Source: Bugula neritina
Lineage: Eukaryota > Animalia > Bryozoa
Direction of reading: 5' to 3'
Assembly: GCA_964035545.1 (NCBI GenBank)
Contig: OZ037771.1
Location: 15,347,289 to 15,411,288 of the forward strand
Length of the DNA stretch: 64,000 nt
Below are positions 48,501 to 59,700 of the stretch, piece after piece. Under the pieces are notes generated by a model, which saw only the letters and a list, made by a program, of their open reading frames with translations, did not search any database and was not told where the DNA came from. The first letter of the stretch is position 1, and every line of letters begins with the position of its first letter. The translations under genes and the position numbers were made by a program.

Positions 48501-50239
48501 AATATATACGTTGTACTATGTATAATATACACGTTATACTATGTATAATATACACGTTATACCATGTATAATATACACGTTATACTATGTATAATATACA
48601 CGTTATACCATGTATAATATACACGTTATACTATGTATAATATACACGTTATACTATGTATAATATACACGTTATACTATGTATAATATACACGTTATAC
48701 TATGTATAATATATATGTTACAGAGCTGCACATATTCGACAGCCCGTTAACGAGCTCAAGGCTGGACACTCGGCAAGCGCTGATGTGGCTGGGATGTGAT
48801 GACGGTAATCTCCACCTACTTCCTGTAGAGAGCGGCGTACACAGTCCGGCACATGGTCAACTTATCCTCCCCTGTAGACAACCCATCTTCAGCATTGTCT
48901 ACATAGACGGCAAGGTGTTCGTGGCAGTCGCTGAGAGGAGAATTCTCGTTTATAGGAGGGGACACGGTACGCCCGCCTTCTCTCTGGCTCTCAGTCTGTA
49001 GTAAACTTCCTGTCTTTACTGCTTGTCTGCTGTATTCTAATCAGAGTAAGTTGATATCTGTAGCCTCGGTTCTTATTTCAGACGGGCTGTGGAACACGGA
49101 CTCTCCGCACATGATACAACTCAACTCTCAAGACAATATTTCTCAGCTTCTACCCGTCTCCTATAAATTGTGGTGTGGTTGTGCAGACGAAATAACAATC
49201 CTAGACCCGATGCTGGAACAGCCAGAGGTATGAGTTATTGTGCAGTAGAATAAGCATATTATATATGCATGCAACTGAACTCTACAGAAAGTGTGTACAC
49301 TAACTCCTCTCAACGATATTCTTTCACTTGTAGAGGTCATTCAAGGTGAGTGGAGAGCGTAATGTGCTCATACAGTGCATGTCCTACTGCAGACAAGGTA
49401 TTGTGGCCGTGGCACTGAGGTCTAGCTGCGATATCAAACTCTTTCACTCGCTCTCTCTCAAACACCTCGCAGACATCAATGTCTTCTCTGCTGTCGCTCA
49501 GAAACTCAACAAGTGTGATGACATCATTCGGCAGCATAAGATGGGTGAGTCGTGAGAAGTCGTGTAGAGTAGAGTAGTAGAGTAGAGGTGTAGAGGAGAA
49601 GTGTAGAGTAGAGGTACAGAGTAGACTAGTAGAGTAGAAGTAGTTACTTTGTCTTATATGTTACAGCCTGTCTGAAGATAACGTCCCTCGTCTCCTGCAA
49701 ACACATGCTCTGGATTGGCACGACAGCTGGAGTTATCCTAACTCTGCGTCTACCCAAGCAGCAGCTGTCTAATAATTCTTCTCAACAGGAAATAGACTCT
49801 CGGTTACTGAATATAGATGGTAAGACGGGTGGGGTTTCTCGCCCCTTCCAAGTGTAGTTCAAGACTTGATACTGGCATATCTTTTACTTGTTGGAATATT
49901 CAACTCTGAAACTGCTATGAGTGTCTAAAGTCACTTGCTACTTGCAAATATTCTGTTCAGCATTTCTGTGACGCTTGTATCCTGTATCCTTGTTTTGTAG
50001 CACTGGATATCGGTCACACTGGCAACGTGCGCTTCCTCACGTTCACAGAGCTTCTGGTGGACAGCAATAAACTGGAGAGACGGCGTTCTGTCTCAAGGCA
50101 GTCGCTAGTTAGCAAAATGCTGGTCATCAGTGGAGGGGACGGGTATGAGGTGATAGACCCGACCACCCAACTGAAGGATAGTGTAGAAACTGTAGGCTTT
50201 AATGACAGCATCAATCATTTACTCGTGTGGAAAATGTAG
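36556..50239 (+). CDS. ARHGEF17: Rho guanine nucleotide exchange factor 17-like (disordered N-terminus, DH-PH, C-terminal beta-propeller), multi-exon
   Basis: First exon 36556-37288 is Ser/His/Asn-rich. DH exons start at 44693 (RKAIVEEIIASEEKYVKNL) and include 46020-46464 (LLERYLKYTPLHHPDY). The C-terminal region has family hallmarks: IPVDKTRAGMQFTCAA, MWLGCDDG, IIRQHKMACLKITSL...LWIGTTAGVILT, GHTGNVRFLT, LVISGGDGYE, DSINHLLVWKM*. N-terminal exon usage is less certain. Confidence 0.88.
38178..38480. repeat. G-rich minisatellite (15-bp unit tagtatggtgggata)
   Basis: Tandem copies in an ARHGEF17 intron. Confidence 0.88.
40013..40312. repeat. Intronic minisatellite (21-bp unit ctgtagtctgagtaatatact)
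   Basis: Fills the intron. Produces the CSLSNIL and TTEYITQ repeat ORFs. Confidence 0.9.
41235..41595. repeat. Intronic low-complexity minisatellite (cagtactactcact variants)
   Basis: Begins at the donor gtgagt; a related array lies at 42720-42945. Confidence 0.8.
44215..44605. repeat. Intronic minisatellite (~30-bp unit gctgttagctgacaccacagagcaagtgtgt)
   Basis: Tandem copies are visible. Confidence 0.9.
47635..47985. repeat. Intronic minisatellite (21-bp unit cactatgactagtagtactgt)
   Basis: Fills an ARHGEF17 intron. Explains ORFs 47619-48083 and 47632-48186. Confidence 0.9.
48460..48715. repeat. Intronic minisatellite (23-bp unit tatgtataatatacacgttatac)
   Basis: Tandem copies are visible. 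Confidence 0.9.
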
Positions 50240-52424
50240 AAGTGTGACTAGTTATATACTGGTCATCACCATCACTGGAGTAGGCTTTAGCTCATAACAT
50301 GCATTTACAAACTATACTGTCTGCATTTTGCTCACCCATCATTTCATAACTTGTGCGTGTAAATATGTTTATTTTTGCTTGCATGGTTGAATTAGCTTAT
50401 TAGTAGTGTTTCATGTATATTTTTATATTGTTACTGAATAAGAATAATCTGGAAGTATTCTTGCTCCAGGCCGACTGGCAGCTTAAGAAAACAGAAATTT
50501 CTGCTGTTTATATGTTTACAAAGGATAGCAGCCCTGAGGTCAGGTATAAAGAGAGGTCAAGGTTCTTTTGACGTAATACTACATTCACTGGCATATTAGC
50601 TTTGATATTGGAATTTTTTTAACTTTAGTGACTAAAAATTGTAGATCATCAGAGTTTAAAATTTTAGTTATGTACATATATACATTCTGAAACATAGGGA
50701 GTTGAAAATGCTAAATTTCAAAGTCATGATTCAACTTAAAATATCTTTCTCGGATCACCCTTGAACGTTTCTAGAACAGAGTGTTGTCTAGGTTCAAATT
50801 TGTAAATCGCAAGTTTTAATTTTGATATAAAAATGCTCGTTTCTGCTCAGTTTACTTAGAATTGCATTACACTCAGAAACAGCAGCTGTTGGTGGTGCAA
50901 CATTTTGTCGAGTAATATGAGGAAATATCTTGTGTATTGCTTCATGTTATTACACAACCAAAAATAAAATATAAAATTATGAAAATGACTAAGACTAGAA
51001 ATAGAAAGAAAGCTAAAAATATTTTTACTGCCAAGTAGTTGATTTGGCAAAAACACAGAAAATGAGAAATGCAAGAAAACTGATTATCTTGTTGAGGCGT
51101 AGAAACACCAAAACTTGGACCGAATATTAAATGACTAGACTTTACGATAACAAGATTGAAAATTGCACATGATTGAGAGAAGAGACTGAATAAATAATAT
51201 TGATTGGTGGTTAGTTATCAGTTGACTGAAACATACTGCTAGCAGTCATCAAACTCTCAATATACTGTCCCAGAACTTGGTTCTCCGCTTTGAGCTTGAA
51301 GTTTTCTTCCTTTACCGTATCTACTTTGCTTGATAGAGCTATAAAATAGTTAAATAGTAAACCTATCGATAATAAACATTTTGATGAAGGTGATGTATTG
51401 TACTTAATAACTCAAATTCTGGCAAAAGTACACCTCAAGCGAATACATCAGATAGATAATGGATGGAACTCATAGCAAATAGCACAAAGCAATTTTTAAT
51501 CTAATGCCAGTCAAGTTGTCAATTATAAAATTTAATTAGTTAAAATTAAAGTGTAAAAAAATAAAACCCACCATCTAGCGTGTTTTGTAAGTCAAGAATC
51601 TGCCCTACTAGCTGCTTTTTCTCTTCTTGTATCTCATTAGACAGCTCTTCATCTACATATATGTTAGTGAATAAGTAATTGAGTGAACACTTAATTGTAA
51701 ACAGCTGTGAGTCAACATGAGTTCAAACTATTTGAATCTCGTAGAAAGAGTTATCACTGCATATCAAGTTGAATTACAATTCTCAAATGTACTGTAGTGT
51801 AGAGCTGTGACTAGTCTACTCACCCAAGTGACTGTCTGCCATGGCTTCAACTATAGCTTTGGACAGAAGATTATCTTTATGATTACCTAAAAGGCTAAAA
51901 TAATGCAATTGTTATTTAATTTTAATGCACGGATAGGATTTGTATGCTTATTCAACACTGACTCGGGTGAAGTAATCATATTTGGATAATTAATGATTCC
52001 CCATTTATATCCACTCTATCCACATCACTCTTAAACAATTGATTAAGTCCAATATCTGCCAGACTATTAAATTCAAATCAGTTAGTTACCACCTAAAAGA
52101 GGAGAACCAACATTTATTTTTGCATCTTCACAGACCTTTCACAACAGTTTTCTCCATCGATGCATTAGAGATTTAAGGATACCACCTCATAACACAAACT
52201 CAGCCTAACATTGTGCTAAAACACTATACATTACAATTAAAATATTCAAACTTAGCTATATGCTAGAATACATTTATTTTAACATATGATAAACCCAGAC
52301 AAAAACAACATAGAGGCGCTCATAATTTTGTGCCTGTAGCTACAGATGTTATTGTTAGCAGAATGTTCCAATTTTTACCAGGTAAGTTGTGCTATCGCCA
52401 ATCATAATAAATTTAAAAACTAAA

Positions 52425-52897
52425 AGACCGCTTCTAGAGTATGCCTGCGAAATTTGGGATCCTGCACATCTCATGCTAAGCAACAATCTAGAGAAAGTTC
52501 AAAACAAGGCAGTACGTTTTGTAAAAAACTTAAAAGGCTGGGATGTCTCAGTGACCGAATCCAAGGCGGAGTTAAACTTGAAGGCTTTAAATAAATCCAG
52601 ACAAGAACACAGATTCACGCTATTCTTCAAAGTGTTGCAGCATGAAGCATTCTTCCCTAACCTAATTAACACTCTTAACTCCATGAAATCTTTCCGTAAT
52701 ACCAATATTAGGGACAGTAACTCTTTTAATTCAATATCCTGTACTACTAATAATTTCCTGCATAGCTTCCTCATTAGAACAGCCCGTGAACTACGCACGG
52801 GAGAAACACTAGCAGACTAATAAAAAAAAGACCTGCACATCCGATAGTTCCACCTTTCCCCTATTTGGGGTCTTGGAACTAAATCAAGACAAGACAA
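52425..52897 (+). mobile_element. 5'-truncated non-LTR retrotransposon (CR1/L2-group LINE) 3' end
   Basis: RPLLEYACEIWDP...LEKVQNKAVRFV is the typical post-RT region of CR1/L2-group ORF2. Stop at 52820, then a short 3'UTR with a stem-loop and a (CAAGA)n tail. Confidence 0.82.
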
Positions 52898-54755
52898 AAG
52901 CATAAGTTGATCAGATCATAAAGATAATCATATTTCATAATGATAATCACAATGATTGACTGCGATGCTCAGGCGTTGTGCCTTATACTTATAGTTATTA
53001 ATAATTAAGTTATTTCATGACAGGCTCATGTTTCAATTGAAACAAATCAAAAATTACAATAAATATTGTTAAAAATATATAACATTATGATTAAAATTAT
53101 TTAGTTTAATAAATTGAAAACAATTGATAATCATTTATGAGTGTCAAAATTATAAATATAATGATCATCATAAAGATAATGGTAATGATTAAGGGATAAT
53201 CATAATGATAATTTCTAACGAATATCAATATAAATCGACCATCATAATCATAATGATAATGATCTACTACAATCCAAATTCTACTTCTAGATGATGATGA
53301 TGATCTAGAAGTAAAAATCGATTTGTCAGAATTGACATCAAACAATAATTTAAAGCAAAGCTTGTTCAGCAGATGGAGACGTATTCGGTATTACTATTAC
53401 TATTAGTATTCTTATTAGATTTAGCAATATTTTAGTTTTACTAATATAATTATTATAAAATTAAATGATTATTTCTATTTTACTAATATTATTATTAATA
53501 ATAAATAATATTTGTGGCTACGAGTACGAGTCTGAAGTGTTAGATTTACTTTTACTATAAATATAATGATTATATTTATATTACTATCATTTATAACTTA
53601 TAAGTATAACAACTATACTCTATAGTTCATATTGTTGTATTAACCAGAGTGAGTCATCACTCATCTTGATCTAGGATTCCAAGTAGACTAGATACATGAG
53701 TCTATTTGTGATCATAAAAACGTAGCTCAACTATAATAATAATATTCTTTTGCAGCAACTAAAGGCAGTATTTGTTTTTTAATTGGGCTCGTTAATTCCG
53801 CAATAATAATCTTTTGTGCTGAAACACACCAGAAAGAAAGTGCATTTCACTATGAATGCAATTACAGTTTAGCCAGAGAGTTGAAGTAACGTTGGATTCA
53901 GCAAAATGCGACGGCTGCCTGCGAAGTTGATTTATTGTTTTCATTAGTCGAAAATGAGGCTATTGCACGCATGTATCGTTTCTCTTTTTCGCACTTCCGA
54001 CTAGTATAGCTGTCGCTAGATGCAAAGTGAGTTGAAAGAGTCCGTTGTATGGTAAATAATAATTCCGATATTCGTTATCACAGTTGACAATTATATTTGA
54101 TCCTTTGTGACCAATTACCTGTGCTGGCATATAGTGTTATTATAGGATCAGTAGAATAGCTATAGTCTTATATTGCAGTAACACTAAATGTAGGACCTGA
54201 ACAAGTTACAGTCACACTCACACTGACAGTGTGAGTGACACCCAATTGACTGTGAGTCAGAGTAAAGCTGAAGGTCAAAGTGGCATTGACTTTGACTTTG
54301 ACGTTAAGATTGATTATGATTCAGTATGATACTTATACTCATACTGCCATAAGTACTAATACTAATACCAATACTAATAGTTATAGTAATAGTAATACTA
54401 ATAGTAATAGTAATACTGCTATCACTATCAGTAACCATTACTATTGTCTATTAGTATTAGTATTAATTTTATTATTAGTATTAGTATTACTATGAGTTTG
54501 AGCATAAGATTTAGTATGAGTATCAGTGATAATGTAAATGGTAATTGGATGATCCTAATAAGTTTCTTTAAGCAGTCATGTGCTCAGTCTGTATATCATA
54601 TATAATAATATATAATTCTGGCTCACATCTCGTATTTACTACTCGTCATCTTGTCTTAGCATGCGATACTTGAAGTTGATATCAATGTTATGTGTACTCA
54701 CGCCAGAGTCTGAGATAACCTACGCCACCTTACTTGTAGTTGTGACTGGTGGGTC

Positions 54756-55949
54756 ATGCTATTACGGAAATTGTCAAAAAAGAAAACTGTAGCTTTTGGA
54801 CTCGCCTGCATTCTGATTCTTTGGTACAATTTGTATTTTCCTCTACAAAACAAGTGGAAAATTCCTGTGTTGAAGAAGTCATTCATAAATAAAGGAGCCC
54901 ACATTCTCTATGGTCCATTTCGCTCGGATACCTATGACAGTGCTCACTCGAATCATAGCATTACTTTTGCTACACACACTACACTGAAGAACTTCTATTA
55001 CCTCCAGATTATCAGCTTAGTGTGGAAGTCACCTATATCAGTGACTGTCTGGGCCCAAGGTGATGTCACAGAGCTGGTAGAACTGGTCTACCTACTCGTC
55101 CAATCCTGTGCTGCCAGGAGATCTCTCTCCGTATGTATACTTGTACCGGCTGACCGCTCACATAACGTTGAAGTATCTCGCATTGACTGGCAGCAGATCA
55201 ACTCACCTAGTTCTTTCACCTGTAGCCAGAGAAATCTACACAACAAATTTTATAGCCTTAGAGCCCAAGATCCTTATCAAAATTATAATAGTAAGAATTT
55301 GCCTTATCCTAACAACTATCTGAGGAATTTGGCTCTCCGTCAAGTTAAAACTTCTCATGTTTTGGTATCAGATATTGATCTAATGCCCTCTGTAAACTTT
55401 GACCAACAATTTATGAAATATCTTCACAACTTGGAAGACCAGAAAGTGCATGGCTCTGTGTTGGTTGTGCCAGTCTTTGAAAGTAGCGTTTCTCAGTCTA
55501 ACCAGTGGACAATTCCCCGGTTGCTCAGTGAGTGGAGGTCATCTAAAGTCCGTCCTTTCTATACAGAGACCTGCCCACAATGCCAGGGCCCTACTCAGTA
55601 TTCTAAGTGGCTTGATAGACAGCTAAGGAACGGGGCGGCCATGTCGGCAACCTATGTACCATACGTTCCTGGCTGGGAACCTTTTGTCATCCTGAAAACC
55701 AGTCTCCACCCTCGATATGATGAGCGTTTCCAGCAGTTTGGTTACAACAGAATGAGTCTCATTTGTGAGCTGCATGTGTCGGGCAAAGAGTTTCTAGTCT
55801 TAGACAGCATTTTTCTTGTGCATGACGGGTTCAAAACCGAAGATGGGTTTCACGAAGACAAGGATGTTGAGTTGAGAGACAATGAGAAGCTCTACAGTCA
55901 GTTTCGATCTGAATTAGCAATCAAATATAATACTAAAAGACATTGTTGA
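54756..55949 (+). CDS. B4GAT1: Beta-1,4-glucuronyltransferase 1 (GT49, type II Golgi membrane protein), single coding exon, 397 aa
   Basis: N-terminal basic residues plus a TM segment; ITFATHTT, WKSPISV, YPNNYLRNLA, DxD motif (SDIDLMPS), VVPVFE, CPQCQGPT, WEPF, YDERFQQFGYNRMSLICELHV, FLVHDGFK. Confidence 0.9.
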   Translation: MLLRKLSKKKTVAFGLACILILWYNLYFPLQNKWKIPVLKKSFINKGAHILYGPFRSDTYDSAHSNHSITFATHTTLKNFYYLQIISLVWKSPISVTVWAQGDVTELVELVYLLVQSCAARRSLSVCILVPADRSHNVEVSRIDWQQINSPSSFTCSQRNLHNKFYSLRAQDPYQNYNSKNLPYPNNYLRNLALRQVKTSHVLVSDIDLMPSVNFDQQFMKYLHNLEDQKVHGSVLVVPVFESSVSQSNQWTIPRLLSEWRSSKVRPFYTETCPQCQGPTQYSKWLDRQLRNGAAMSATYVPYVPGWEPFVILKTSLHPRYDERFQQFGYNRMSLICELHVSGKEFLVLDSIFLVHDGFKTEDGFHEDKDVELRDNEKLYSQFRSELAIKYNTKRHC

Positions 55950-56782
55950 GTTGTCTTCCCTTTCTTCTGTTAACAGAATTGAACAATGTTTACTAAAACA
56001 ATGTTGTATTGTTAGTACCTTTTTTAGGATTCATTGAAATACTTTATATATAAATTTTATTAATAATACTCCTTTTTTATGTTTAACTAATGTTGATATA
56101 TTTATATCGACTTTATTACTAATTTTGGTTGTTTTAGCAAACCATTCTGTTTTGTTTTTTGGTTTTCTTGACTGGCTTTTAGAATTGTTTTATAAGAAAC
56201 TGTTACACCCTGTATCAGTTATATGAAATACATTGAGTTGGATATATTTCACACAACTTGATGTGTCTTTGTACAGAGAGAGTATTCAGTTGTAATCTTC
56301 TATTCTAAAATTTTTATTGTGATAGTTGAGTTCATCTTTCTTGTAGAATAAGTTTTAAATCGGGTTTCTACAAGTTCCTTTGTGAAACATTCATTATTCT
56401 CTGACATACTAAATGTTTAGCCAAGTGTTTCATTAACTTGTTGTGTTGTTACTCAAGACAAAACTTACTGAAGTGGCAGAAGACAACTCTACTGTCTAGT
56501 TCACTTTCTCTCATCATGTCTGTATTTAAGTAGAACATTTAGTTTGTTGATTGAACTGTGAGAATGATAGCATTTATAATTTTAGCCTTGGAGTATTTTT
56601 ATCTGCCTTCGGATCTAAATTTAGTGAAAGAGATGAAATGTATACCTTCCCTCCCTCATGTACATTTTATAGTGTAGTCCTATTTCAATGAGTAGTAGCA
56701 ATGTTCTGGCAGAATGTAGTCTGAAATTATTGCCATCAGTCTACTAATAGACCGTTTATCACTCCAGCCACTGGCGGTCACC

Positions 56783-59700
56783 ATGGAAACCGTCACACTA
56801 ACTTTAAATGAGTTGAATTCTGTGTCTGTGAACTTGTTTGGTGCGACTGTCACCTCGTGGATATGTAACGGAAAGGAGAGACTGTTTCTCAGGTACATCA
56901 CATTTCTGTCACATAACCCCTAGAGTACCGTATCCACTTTGTCTGTTTTATATTATAATAATGTACTTAGTACAGCAAACTGGTCAACCATGTGCTGAAT
57001 AATTTGATAAGTATTATGAAGTACAGTTTACCCCTTATCCTACACTTAGAGATACTAATACCTGCCCCTCAGGTACCAGTTCTGTTGGTTAACTACTTCC
57101 TTACAGTACGTTTATACATTAGTCTAAGTGTCTCAGTGTTTACACACGTACTGTATGCCTGTCTGCTAGTTTCTCCGTATCTCACAATGTCTGTGTTATC
57201 AAGTAGAATTGTTACGCACTTGTACTGGATATTTACAGTTCGAAGGCTGTATTTGATGGAAAAAAGGCAATAAGAGGGGGAATTCCAGTTGTATTCCGTG
57301 AGTAATTCAGTTATATAATATTTAAATTACTAAATAATGCACATTATGTTACTAGTTCTACATATTGCTGTGTACCATGTTACGGAGACATCACTTATTG
57401 AGAGCTTATTCAACTGTTCCCTCTATTGTTTCAGCCAACTTTGGTCCCTGGCCTCTTGGGCCTCAACATGGGTTCGCGAGGATTTCCTTGTGGAAGCACG
57501 AAGCAACTCATGTGGGTTTCACTTTTAAACAATTTTTTATTTGCAAATGAAAAGTTGAGCTTATTAATATTTAATAATAAGGATTTACTTTTATTTTTTA
57601 TCTATTTATGGTACAATTTAAAATCTGTAAAACAAATAATATAATAAAGCAATATTATGATACCTGGTGATGGCGCCCTAGCTCTGCCAATTCTATTATA
57701 AATTCGTCAGTTAGTTTTTGACATTTCTCATGTCTGACTATTGAACATAGAATACAGGTAGTTGTACTGTCTTTTGCATACCTTAGATTCCTTATGGCAC
57801 ACCACTGAATCACAATACTACACACCATTCTATGCTCTAATCTTTTTCAAAGTTATAACAACTACTAGAAGATTGTCAAGATTTGCTACTAAACATCAGC
57901 TACTATACTTTAGATACAAAGATGTGATGGTAAAAGAATATACTTGTCTAATGTATTTTTACTATTTGAATTAAGTTAGTATTTTTATACAAATAATTAC
58001 CTCATCTACAGGAATACAGAAACAGTTCTGTTATTAATTTCATATATCTTCAACAACAAAAACTAAATCAAATTGTTTTGATAGTTAGAATATTGGTATT
58101 GTTTTCATAAAATATGAATTCAAACTTAGCTGCACTTGACAAGCAAAAAATAGTTGAATATTTTATGTGCTTTTAGCTTAGTAAAAATCAGATATTCAAA
58201 TAAAGCTTGGGAAACAATGTAGTCTAGATGGTGCTAGTGGTAAAGCATTGGTTTAGTAACTGCTAGGATGTGGGTTCAAGCCCTACTTGCTTTTAAAATA
58301 TTTTATATTATTTCAGCTTTCTCTGTAGTAAATATTAGACATGCCTATAAATCTGTATAAGCAGTGGAGTTGAGATGGTGCTGGTGGTAGAGCATTGGTA
58401 TCGTACTGGAAAGTTATGGGTTCAACCCTGTGTGATGGATGTTTGGCAAAATTTGTAGTTTTTATAAAAATAAAAAATCAAAATGGCAGAAAAGAGTAGA
58501 ACTTCTAAGGGTATAATATATGGGGACCCGTCCCAGGGTAGAGGTAGCGCTCTCACTTTGCATGACGCCAGACACCGGTTCGATTCCCTGGCATTCTTAA
58601 AAAAAAGAGTGGTAGTCAGAAGGTGCTTCTATAAAAGAAGCATATGTGAGAAATACAAAAAATAAAATTTTACATAAACTTAATTTTTGCCAAGATCAAA
58701 ATTACAAAAAAATTATGCTACTAATTAACTTTCTTTATATATCTCACATATGCTTTTTCATAGAAGCACTTTCTGACTCACTTTTTTTTTTAAGAATGCC
58801 AGGGGATCGAACCGGTGTCTGGCGTCATGCAAAGCGAGAGCGCTACCTCTACCCTGGGACGGGTCCCCATATATTATACCTTTAGAAGTTCTACTCTTTT
58901 CTGCCATTTTGATTTTTTATTTTTATAAAAACTACAAATTTTGCCAAACATTCATCACACAGGGTTGAACCCATAACTTTCCAGTACGATACCAATGCTC
59001 TACCACCAGCACCATCTCGACTTCATTGCTTACAAAAATTTATAGGCATGACTAATACTTACTACAGAGAAAGCTGAAATAATATAAAATAATTTAAAAG
59101 CAAGTAGGGCTTGAACCCACATCCTAGCAGTTACTATACCAATGCTTTATCACCAGTACCATCTAGACTACATTGTTTCCCAAGCTTTATTTGCATATAT
59201 CTGATTTTTACTAAGCTAAAAGCACATAAAATATTCAAACAACTATTTTTGCTTGTAAGGTGCAACTAAGTTTGAATTCATATTTTACGAAAACAATATC
59301 AATATACTATCAAACCCGGTTGATTTAGTTTTTATTTTTGAAGATATATGAAATTAATAACAGAACTGTTTCTGTATTCGTGTAGATGAGGTAATTATTT
59401 GTATAAAAATATTAACTTAATTCAAATAGTAAAAATACATTAGACAAGTAAATTCTATTACCATCACATCTTTGTATCTAAAATATAGTAGCTGATGTCT
59501 AGTAGCAAATCTTGACAATCTTCTAGTAGTTGTTATAACTTTGAATAAGATTAGAGCATAGAATGGTGTGTAGTATTGTGATTTAGTGGTATGCCCTAGG
59601 AAACCTAAGGTATGCAAAAGACAGTACAACTACCTGTGTTTTATGTTCACTTTACCACTGTTCACCAGGTTATATATTGCTATTGTGTTATTATTATGGG

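Larger units (their letters stand above)
57662..59670. mobile_element. ~2-kb foldback (palindromic) element in intron 3 of the epimerase gene, each arm carrying three tRNA-like modules
   Basis: 57742-~58670 is the imperfect reverse complement of ~58720-59649; ORFs 57762-57974(+) and 59417-59629(-) are near identical. Outer termini ACCTGGTGA/TCACCAGGT. Confidence 0.85.

Noticed and set aside
58221-59170. Functional tRNA gene cluster
   Set aside because: Acceptor and anticodon stems do not pair properly. Treated as tRNA-derived modules within a repeat.
57762-59629. Duplicated 70-aa ORFs on opposite strands as a gene pair
   Set aside because: They simply reflect the two arms of the foldback element, begin at TTG and have no recognisable domain.
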